Shown in pieces: positions 7,774-15,152 of a stretch of DNA of 20,000 nucleotides. Position 1 is the stretch's first letter; every line of letters begins with the position of its first letter. The DNA comes from an uncultured virus (IMG/VR IMGVR_UViG_3300000302_000058) (lineage: Duplodnaviria; Heunggongvirae; Uroviricota; Caudoviricetes): the IMG/VR virus record IMGVR_UViG_3300000302_000058; one strand, written 5' to 3'. The translations under genes and the position numbers were made by a program. The notes beneath the pieces are model-generated. The model made no database searches. It saw only the letters and a program-made list of their open reading frames with translations, and had not been told where the DNA came from.

Positions 7774-8901
7774 ATGTCAATGAAATCCTTAGCTAGTAGG
7801 CTTACCTATGCTGGCGGCGACCAACTTGGCCGCATTAAAATGAACAAATTGCGTTCTTTTAAAGCGGCTTTGAAGAACGATTATCAATCACGTATGATTA
7901 AAGTCCCAAACAAGACAGCTTGGCCTTGTTTGATTAATAATAATACGTCCGGTTTGAAGTCAGACTATGACCGCAAGCGTTTATCCGTTGAATTTGATTC
8001 GGGGCTGCAAAGCGGAGATGTTTTTGAGTGCCTAGATGATGGTACACATTGGATGGTTTATTTGCCGACTTTGACTGAAATTGCTTATCTTCGTACCGAG
8101 ATTATCCGTTGTCGATACACGCTTGATGTAGATGGTCAAGTCTATTGGGTCTATTTCCAAGGGCCAACTGAGACAGATGTTACTTGGTTCCAAAAACAGG
8201 GTGTCCATTACGATGAACCGAATCTTTCTGGTACTATTTATATCAAAAAAGATGAACGTACAAAAGGATTTTTTAGTCGTTTTACCAAAATTCAAATGGA
8301 TGGACACGCTTGGGAAGTGCATATTGTAGACGAGATTTCTGTTCCCGGCATTATTGAACTTGAAGTCCGTGAGTTCTATGATGACCCTCTCGCAGATTTA
8401 CCTGTAGTTGAAAAAGAAGGTTGCCACGAAATTATAGGTCGTGAAAAAGTCGAACAAGATGGTACTTATGGATATATGATTCGTGACGCTTATTTTAATC
8501 CTGAGTTCTCTTGGAGAATTGAAGGTAATCCAAGAGTAGAGATAGAGTCTCAAGAGGGTAAGATGTGCAATGTACTTGTTCATGATGGCGCGATTCGTGG
8601 ATTTAAGCTTGTTTATGGTAATAAGAATTCTGGGTATCATATTGACGTAGCCATTGAACGCGAATGCAATGGTGTTGTGGGGCCAAAGTCTGTTTATCCT
8701 TACGATATTGTAGATTATAAGTCTAACGTGACTGGTACTTATCGACTTTCAGATAATCGAGTCGCTAAGATTATAGAGCGAACCGATACTGGTTGCACAG
8801 TGGAAATCACATCTGGGCGTTCAGGTGATTTTAAGGTTATCTTTGACCCCGCTGATTACGACATGATAATTGAATATCCGGTTCATATTGAGTCATTGTA
8901 A
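7774..8901 (+). CDS. Putative head closure/stopper-like protein with two C-terminal beta-sandwich repeats
   Basis: 375 aa, RBS AGGAGG, beta-rich N-terminal part (LQSGDVF...WMVY), neck position, duplicated ~80-aa C-terminal unit. Confidence 0.45.
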   Translation: MSMKSLASRLTYAGGDQLGRIKMNKLRSFKAALKNDYQSRMIKVPNKTAWPCLINNNTSGLKSDYDRKRLSVEFDSGLQSGDVFECLDDGTHWMVYLPTLTEIAYLRTEIIRCRYTLDVDGQVYWVYFQGPTETDVTWFQKQGVHYDEPNLSGTIYIKKDERTKGFFSRFTKIQMDGHAWEVHIVDEISVPGIIELEVREFYDDPLADLPVVEKEGCHEIIGREKVEQDGTYGYMIRDAYFNPEFSWRIEGNPRVEIESQEGKMCNVLVHDGAIRGFKLVYGNKNSGYHIDVAIERECNGVVGPKSVYPYDIVDYKSNVTGTYRLSDNRVAKIIERTDTGCTVEITSGRSGDFKVIFDPADYDMIIEYPVHIESL

Positions 8902-8911
8902 GGGAGGAAGA

Positions 8912-9505
8912 ATGATTAGACGGGCACCCGTTCTTGAAACTAATTACAAGTCAAGCTTCTTCTCTTATGAAAAGAATCTTGAATTGATTGTTAAGAAACT
9001 TTTTGTAGACAATCCTGCATACGCGGAGAATCTTAAACGTCTTTTGGTTATTAATAAACCAGACTGTCTTGCGACTGGGAATGAAGCTTATAATGAATTA
9101 ATTAAAGGTTACAGCGTAGGGCGGTTGAAGAAAGAAGGATATGTCCGTACAGTTCCGCGTCTTGACCTAAAGGAACATGCAGATATTAAATCGTATATTA
9201 TTATTATGATGGATGATTTTACCCCTACTTCAAATGATAAATATCGAGATTGTACTATTACGTTTTTTATCTTTTCTGAATATGACTATGCAGAGATGGA
9301 TAATTACGAATATCGCCCCATAAAGATTGCTGGATACATTGATGGTATTATGAGAGATGCTAAGCTTGCGGGAATCGGCAAATTACAATTCCTTGGAGCA
9401 CAGCAAGTTCCGCTGAATGAATATTGGGGTGGAATGGCCTTGATGTATGTTACGACACACGGAGAAGAAGAGGATTCAAGTCCTAACATTAACGAAGCGT
9501 CGTGA
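8912..9505 (+). CDS. Putative tail terminator / tail completion protein
   Basis: ATG 8912 with GGGAGG RBS; alpha/beta pattern (ITFFIF...RPIKIAGYIDGIM...GIGKLQF); upstream of the tail tube gene. Ends TGA-TAA. Confidence 0.45.
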   Translation: MIRRAPVLETNYKSSFFSYEKNLELIVKKLFVDNPAYAENLKRLLVINKPDCLATGNEAYNELIKGYSVGRLKKEGYVRTVPRLDLKEHADIKSYIIIMMDDFTPTSNDKYRDCTITFFIFSEYDYAEMDNYEYRPIKIAGYIDGIMRDAKLAGIGKLQFLGAQQVPLNEYWGGMALMYVTTHGEEEDSSPNINEAS

Positions 9506-9511
9506 TAAACT

Positions 9512-10354
9512 ATGGCAGAAGAGTACAAAGGAGATATTGGGCTATATCTTTCTGGACAACAAGTGAAAGTGCCGTCGTGCGGTGTTTTTATCACTCAACC
9601 AAAGATTAAAGATATAGTCCTAAGAAGTAGTGAAAATGAGTTTATGACAGCCGCGCACTTGTTAACTCATATCGACAAATTTGCGGCGATGATAAAAGAG
9701 GGCAAAAATGTGTTAGATACTATGCCTGATTTTCAAATAATCATAGAGGTTTTAAGGCAAGAGAATGGACAATTCACTCAATTAATAAATAATTTTTTTG
9801 CTTTGTGTTTGCCGCAATTCACCATTAAATGTTCAAAACACTCATTAGATTTTGTTACAGAAGATGGTGTTACTGTTGGAGTGCTCAATACATTTAATTA
9901 TAGTGATTTTGCTACAACTTTACAAGAGTTGTTCATTCCTCGCCAAAAAGAAGAAGAGCCTGAATATCATATTGATGAATCTAACGAAATGTCTAGAAGG
10001 TTATTGGAAAAGATAAAGCGAAATCGAGAGGCGTTGGCAAAACAGCGTGCGGCCAAAGAAGGAAGTAATATGTCAGTTTTTGGTTTGTACATTTCTGCTT
10101 TGTCTATTGGATTAGGTATGGATATAAATGTGTTTTATAATTATACTCCATTTCAATTATATGATGCTTTTAATCGTTTCTTAGCTAAGATGGCAAGAGA
10201 TAAATATGAGTCAATGCTGATGATTCCTTTTGCAGATACATCTAAGATTCAGGCTAATAAACCTCCAAGTTGGTTAGAAAATCTTTACAAGCCAACTGAA
10301 GAAAAATATAACTCTTTGCAAAAGCTTAACTCTGTTGGGGCTGATGCGAAGTAG
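9512..10354 (+). CDS. Hypothetical tail-region protein
   Basis: 280-aa ORF. The C-terminal 'DINVFYNYTPFQLYDAFNR' is reminiscent of tail-assembly chaperone-like segments; function uncertain. Confidence 0.6.
   Translation: MAEEYKGDIGLYLSGQQVKVPSCGVFITQPKIKDIVLRSSENEFMTAAHLLTHIDKFAAMIKEGKNVLDTMPDFQIIIEVLRQENGQFTQLINNFFALCLPQFTIKCSKHSLDFVTEDGVTVGVLNTFNYSDFATTLQELFIPRQKEEEPEYHIDESNEMSRRLLEKIKRNREALAKQRAAKEGSNMSVFGLYISALSIGLGMDINVFYNYTPFQLYDAFNRFLAKMARDKYESMLMIPFADTSKIQANKPPSWLENLYKPTEEKYNSLQKLNSVGADAK
9700..9747 (+). promoter_or_regulatory. Candidate late promoter motif, copy 3 (intragenic)
   Basis: GGGCAAAA-atgtg-TTA-N15-TTTCAAATAATCATAGA, about 720 nt upstream of the major tail protein gene. 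Confidence 0.45.
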
Positions 10355-10369
10355 GTATATTATTGTAGA

Positions 10370-10397
10370 AAAAATCACCTTTTCGCGGGTGGTTTTT
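10370..10397 (+). terminator. Hairpin, weak terminator or RNA-stabilising stem
   Basis: AAAAATCACC / GGTGGTTTTT inverted repeat (one G-U pair) in the intergenic region before the tail tube gene. Confidence 0.4.
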
Positions 10398-10461
10398 AGC
10401 AATGAGATATGTATACATAGACAAATTGTTAAGAAAAAAGAAAGGAAAAGGTGATTTCAGA

Positions 10462-11808
10462 ATGGCACAATATGGTATTCGTGACATTACTGACCTTGTT
10501 CTCAAGGCGCGCACCCGCGTGAAAATCGGTAAGCAAGTCTTCCAGCCCGGTCAGCCTGTAGTTTATTTTACTACCGCTCAGACCGCCACTCTTGAAGGTG
10601 CTGCTACTCAGGTCTTCGCGCAGGGCGGACATGGTTATCCTCGTCTTATTGCATGGGAAGGTGAGCGTACTGTAACGCTAACTCTCACTGAAGCTCTAAT
10701 CTCTCCTGAGAGCTTTGCAGTTCTATCTGGCGCTCTTCGTTCTGATGCTTCTGTAGAGGATAAGGCTTATATGCCTACTTGGTTTGAAGCTCCTGTTCAA
10801 GCTGATGGTTCTGTAGTTCTTGACCTTGATATTTGCGGCGATGACCATGACATTATCGTAAACGATACTTATCCAATGTTCGGTGTTGTACTTGACGATT
10901 CTGGCGCTCTTGCTGTTCATCTTGGTGAGCAGGCTGGTCTTGCTGGTGTAACTCCTAACTGTGATGTTTACACTGTAACTCGTGACAACAAGCTTCAGAT
11001 TACTTTCCCTAACGCTGAGCGTTATGCTGGTCGTGTTGTTCGTGTTGATTGCTATGTTGAGAAGACTGCTGGCGTAACTTCTCTTGATGTTACTGCTGAA
11101 GACTTCTCTGGTAACTTCTACGCTGAGGCTCTTACCTTCTTCCGTGAGCAGACCACTGGTACTGATATGCCTGTTGCTCTTATCTTCCCGAACGTCAAGG
11201 TCCAGTCCAACTTTACTCTCACCATGTCTGCTACTGGTGACCCTTCTACCTTTGATTTCGTAATGGATTGCTTCCCTGCTTACGTTAAGGGCGATTATGC
11301 TCACAAGGTCTTCTTTAAGACTATGATTGCTGGTCAGGATGCTTATACCCTACAGGAGTCTGAGGCTGCTGAGTGCCCAGAACTTGACATTGCTTTTGAC
11401 TCTGTAACCGCTGGTACTGACGTATTTACTGTGAAGGAGTTTGCTGGTAAAGACCTTACCACTCTAGGCTCTAACCTAAGTGCCACTGTTGACCGTGCCA
11501 GCATTGATTTTGCTGGTAAGCTCAACTATACTCCAAACTGGACTGAATTTGGTACTGCGGAACAAGACTTAGTTGGTTACTACTTCCCATTCCAGATGAA
11601 GGCCGAGAATGGTGCTAAGTTCATTATGGAGAACACTAGTGTTGGTCAGAAGACTCTAGTCTTTGGCGAGACTGGTGATGGTGACGGTACTATTAATATG
11701 GTTATGGCCGTTAACCCCGATGCTCCTGTAATGAACGCTAAACTACAGAGTGCTGACGAATCTAAGACTGTTGAATATAGCTTAGACTTCAGCGCTTGCC
11801 AATTCTAA
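10462..11808 (+). CDS. Major tail (tube) protein with C-terminal accessory domain
   Basis: ATG 10462 with AAGGTGA RBS; MCP-like high-expression codon bias. Motifs AQGGHGYPRLIAWEGERTVTLTLTEAL and FPNVKVQSNFTLTMSATGDPSTFDF resemble siphoviral tube proteins. A strong terminator follows. Confidence 0.75.
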   Translation: MAQYGIRDITDLVLKARTRVKIGKQVFQPGQPVVYFTTAQTATLEGAATQVFAQGGHGYPRLIAWEGERTVTLTLTEALISPESFAVLSGALRSDASVEDKAYMPTWFEAPVQADGSVVLDLDICGDDHDIIVNDTYPMFGVVLDDSGALAVHLGEQAGLAGVTPNCDVYTVTRDNKLQITFPNAERYAGRVVRVDCYVEKTAGVTSLDVTAEDFSGNFYAEALTFFREQTTGTDMPVALIFPNVKVQSNFTLTMSATGDPSTFDFVMDCFPAYVKGDYAHKVFFKTMIAGQDAYTLQESEAAECPELDIAFDSVTAGTDVFTVKEFAGKDLTTLGSNLSATVDRASIDFAGKLNYTPNWTEFGTAEQDLVGYYFPFQMKAENGAKFIMENTSVGQKTLVFGETGDGDGTINMVMAVNPDAPVMNAKLQSADESKTVEYSLDFSACQF

Positions 11809-11829
11809 TCTAACCTTAGATTGATTTAG

Positions 11830-11864
11830 GGGGAGAGGGAATTATCCCTCTCCCCTCTTTTTTT
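11830..11864 (+). terminator. Rho-independent terminator after major tail gene
   Basis: GGGGAGAGGGA-atta-TCCCTCTCCCC perfect 11-bp stem followed by TCTTTTTTT. Confidence 0.9.
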
Positions 11865-11893
11865 ATATGTATAGAGATAAAAGGAGGTGAATT

Positions 11894-13522
11894 GTGCTAG
11901 GAGGATTACCAAGTTATTATCACTATTCTTGGGAAGGGGCTTCAGAAGAACCGTTAGTTCAATCTGTTCAATCTCTTTTAGCCAATAGCAAAGATACCAT
12001 TTTATCTAACTATATAGGACGGTATAATGAAGCGTTCAATCTTTTCCAAGAGCAATCAGGTATATCATTAAGTGATGAACAAAGCGCAGTTCTTGATTTT
12101 GCGGCGGAGGAAACGTTAACTTCGCAAGATTTGGAAGCTGCTTTATCTTCTGCCATGAATCAAGCCCCGATTTCTGGTACTGATGTGGGTGGAGGAATGG
12201 GGCTTATTGCGGCTATTCAAGCACTAAATCAAAAAGTAACTGTAACGAATAAAACTTTAACTAATCTTAGCGCTTTAATGGATGCTTTTACAAACGCTAC
12301 CGATTTATATAAGCAAGTAGAAGATTCTATTGTCGCCCAAGGCGGAAACCTACGTTCTAAGGCTAGAGCTAAGTCTACCGTCGTGCGGCAAGTCGTTCAG
12401 AATATATTAAATCATCCAAATGGTTCTAAATGGAATCGTAGTTCTCAAGGATATATTAATGGCATTTCTGGTCTTAGTCAACGACTAAATCAATGGTTAG
12501 TTTTATTGTATGCTTTGACTACTAATCGTGTTCCGAGAGGTAGTAAAACTGCGGTCAAGGCCGCAATCATTCAGACTGTAAAAAATGATATGAACGGATT
12601 AGTAACTGCTCTTGGTAATGTTGGTACTAGAATAGCTTCTGCTGTTGCTACAATACAGTTCATTGAAACTTTAAATAGCCAAATAGATGTAAGTAAATTG
12701 AAAGTTAGCGCGCATACAAGTGGCGGTTTTATTGGACATACTATCAAAATAGAGAATAATGGTGCGACCCAGAGCTTATTAAATAACGTAAAATCAGAGC
12801 TAGCCGCTTTAGGTGGAGTGCAAGGCGGAATGGGAGATAAATTAAGTGTCAAATTGCCAAAAGCAAACGTGCAAGCTAATCAGCAAACATGGTCTGATAC
12901 ATTAGATGCGAATATTAATAATGTTACAGTTAAACCAACAACTAGTGTACGGACGTTGAGCAACGGAAGTCAGCGAATTGGTAGTATTACTGTGCAGCGT
13001 TCGACTTCTATGTTATCTTTGCTGAGGCAAGAATTGAATCTTAGTTCAAATAATGTCATAGGCTTATTGCAGTTAGCAATGGCACAGAACAGTTCTGAAC
13101 CAGATTCAACTTGGAATGATTTGCGGGAATATACCAAAAAGGCATTGTTGATTCCTGCTTTAACTGGTTTAGGTACTGCCGATTTTTCTAATATGAACTT
13201 AGCTACGATGATTAAGATAAATGATTATATCATTCCTATGCCGCAATTCTTAAATTATTTACAAGCGGCTTTAACTCGTCAAGCTGACGTGTTAGGAGAG
13301 TCATTTACTGGGTATATATCATTAGAGGGCTTCCCTAACAGGGGTGCTTTTACTAAGATTAATGCTTGGCAATCTCCCGCACAAAACAACTGGATTGCTG
13401 CACATCGTCGTTCTAGGCTTGCTTCATCAGAAGGTAAAGGACTATTACAATCTACTAAACTAAGAATGAGATTGAGAAATTTAAATTTGACGATGTTAAT
13501 CAAAGCTGGTTCTATCATTTAA
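11894..13522 (+). CDS. Hypothetical protein (542 aa, tail region)
   Basis: GTG start with strong RBS AAGGAGGTGA; long ORF rich in S/N/Q/T/L/A; no family recognised. Confidence 0.75.
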   Translation: MLGGLPSYYHYSWEGASEEPLVQSVQSLLANSKDTILSNYIGRYNEAFNLFQEQSGISLSDEQSAVLDFAAEETLTSQDLEAALSSAMNQAPISGTDVGGGMGLIAAIQALNQKVTVTNKTLTNLSALMDAFTNATDLYKQVEDSIVAQGGNLRSKARAKSTVVRQVVQNILNHPNGSKWNRSSQGYINGISGLSQRLNQWLVLLYALTTNRVPRGSKTAVKAAIIQTVKNDMNGLVTALGNVGTRIASAVATIQFIETLNSQIDVSKLKVSAHTSGGFIGHTIKIENNGATQSLLNNVKSELAALGGVQGGMGDKLSVKLPKANVQANQQTWSDTLDANINNVTVKPTTSVRTLSNGSQRIGSITVQRSTSMLSLLRQELNLSSNNVIGLLQLAMAQNSSEPDSTWNDLREYTKKALLIPALTGLGTADFSNMNLATMIKINDYIIPMPQFLNYLQAALTRQADVLGESFTGYISLEGFPNRGAFTKINAWQSPAQNNWIAAHRRSRLASSEGKGLLQSTKLRMRLRNLNLTMLIKAGSII

Positions 13523-13540
13523 GAGACAAAAGGAGAGTAT

Positions 13541-14095
13541 ATGTTTGATATCGAGTATGAAAAGAGCAAAAAGATTTCCACCGAGCAAATGTCGATGATT
13601 CTTGACATGGCTGCTCAGGCCGCAAGCGACGGCGGATTTATCAGCTCTTATATTTTCTATCGTGCGGCTTACGTTTTTGCCGCACAAGTGCTTTACCCAG
13701 AAAAGAAGGATACAATTGCTTCTACTGTTGGAGTAGGTTATGACATTCGTCTAGCTTTTGACCTTCTTGTTCAAGATGGAACTATTGAGGATATGCAGAC
13801 TACTTATGAAGTTGATATGAAGAAGCTTGATAGTGCAGCTGAGACTTGGTATTACGAGGTTTCTGATTATCAACAGTCTGCTCGTGGTCTTGTTGATTCT
13901 ATTACAACTCTTAGTGGCGATATTGTTAAGTCTGCTACTGAGCAGCTTCAGCAAGTAGCTAACGGTGATGTAAAGATTATCCAAGAATTTGCTGACCGTT
14001 GGGGTTTTAATCGCCCAACTCCCGGTGAGGATAATGCTGTTAGTGCCGCAGATATTCAAAAAAGTTTCCAAGCTTTAAAAGGCGGCAAAGAGTAA
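13541..14095 (+). CDS. Putative tail assembly chaperone
   Basis: 184 aa, acidic and helical, RBS AAGGAG, between the tube and tape measure genes. Function inferred from position. Confidence 0.45.
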   Translation: MFDIEYEKSKKISTEQMSMILDMAAQAASDGGFISSYIFYRAAYVFAAQVLYPEKKDTIASTVGVGYDIRLAFDLLVQDGTIEDMQTTYEVDMKKLDSAAETWYYEVSDYQQSARGLVDSITTLSGDIVKSATEQLQQVANGDVKIIQEFADRWGFNRPTPGEDNAVSAADIQKSFQALKGGKE

Positions 14096-14100
14096 ACCTA

Positions 14101-14146
14101 GGTCAAAAATCTATAAAAATATAGCCCCTACTTTCAGTATATGAGA
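14101..14146 (+). promoter_or_regulatory. Candidate late promoter motif, copy 4
   Basis: GGTCAAAA-atcta-TAA-N15-TTTCAGTATATGAGA, intergenic, upstream of the endonuclease and tape measure genes. Confidence 0.6.
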
Positions 14147-14164
14147 GTAGGGACTTTTTTATTT
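14126..14164 (+). terminator. Rho-independent terminator-like hairpin
   Basis: CCCTACTTTCA / TGAGAGTAGGG stem (one G-U pair) followed by ACTTTTTTATTT. Confidence 0.65.
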
Positions 14165-14183
14165 AGACTTAAAAGGAGTGATT

Positions 14184-15152
14184 ATGGGAAGAAGAATAAG
14201 GTATCTGTTAGGAGATGAAATTGGCACTAAAGGATGCCGATTCTTCTATGAAATAGAGCCGAGACGCAGTGGTAAAACGCAACAGGCGGTGCGTCAAGCT
14301 TATTTTAAATGCCCTCAGTGTGGTGCTAAATTTTTAGCAGATATAGGTGCTGTGCGAAAAGATTTGATGTGGCGTTGTAAAGAATGCACAAATAAAGCTA
14401 AAGGCTTGTCTCGTAAATTTCAATACGAAGTTGGAGATTATATAGACGCACAACATAATTTTATATATCTAGGAGAATATCAAGATAATACTTGTAATCG
14501 AAAAGTTACTGTAAAAGATATTCGAACCGGAGAGGTTTTTTCTACTTTTTTAAGTGGATTAAAAACAGGTAGGACTAAATATGCCCTTAGTATGTCTAAA
14601 AAAGAAGGTGGATTAAAAAATCAAAAGTACCATGTTGGAGACATAATAAACGGGGTTTTATTTGAACAAGAATTAGATAGATATATCACACCGAATGGGC
14701 AGGTTAAAAGGGTTGGTCTATTTAAAAATTTAGAAACTGATAAAGAGTTTATATGCTGGATTAATAGTGTCATTTACGGACATAGCTTAGGACTAGAAAA
14801 CGAGTCTTTAGGAGAGAATACTATTCGCAGATGGCTAGAAGAACACAATATATATTTTCAGCAAGAATATTCTTTTGAAAATTTAATTTCAGAACGTGGT
14901 AAAAAATTACGTTTTGATTTTTTCATACCTGCTATGAATTTATTAATTGAATATGATGGTATTCAACATTTCGAGAATACTTTTAGACTACCGGAGGAAG
15001 AGTATCAATATAGACTTTCTCTAGATAAATTAAAGGATAATTATGCTAAAGAGCATAATTATACTTTAATAAGAATTGGATACTCAGATTTCTCTGATAT
15101 ATCCATTATTTTATCGAAGAAAGTAGGTGAAGCTCTTGAGCAAATTCAGTAA
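14184..15152 (+). CDS. Putative free-standing homing endonuclease: repeated N-terminal domains (CxxC zinc ribbon) plus C-terminal PD-(D/E)xK nuclease
   Basis: ATG 14184 after AAGGAG; contains CPQC...CKEC. C-terminal SLGENTI, QEYSFENL, LRFDFFI, LIEYDGIQHF, DKLKDNY and LIRIGY motifs. AT-rich codons (AGA, ATA, TTA) unlike the structural genes. Confidence 0.75.
   Translation: MGRRIRYLLGDEIGTKGCRFFYEIEPRRSGKTQQAVRQAYFKCPQCGAKFLADIGAVRKDLMWRCKECTNKAKGLSRKFQYEVGDYIDAQHNFIYLGEYQDNTCNRKVTVKDIRTGEVFSTFLSGLKTGRTKYALSMSKKEGGLKNQKYHVGDIINGVLFEQELDRYITPNGQVKRVGLFKNLETDKEFICWINSVIYGHSLGLENESLGENTIRRWLEEHNIYFQQEYSFENLISERGKKLRFDFFIPAMNLLIEYDGIQHFENTFRLPEEEYQYRLSLDKLKDNYAKEHNYTLIRIGYSDFSDISIILSKKVGEALEQIQ

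Noticed and set aside
9554..9600. Fifth copy of the late motif (GGACAACA...TTTTTA)
   Set aside because: Mismatches in the first box, no TWA at the conserved position, and the downstream box is off by one.
14057..14095. Lambda G/GT-type -1 frameshift at AAAAAAG near the end of the putative chaperone
   Set aside because: The heptamer is phased CAA AAA AGT rather than A AAA AAG, and no extended alternative-frame ORF follows before the terminator.
14096..15152. Group I intron hosting the endonuclease gene
   Set aside because: The flanking genes appear complete, with their own stop and RBS/start. The 88-nt upstream gap is occupied by the motif and terminator, leaving no room for a ribozyme core.
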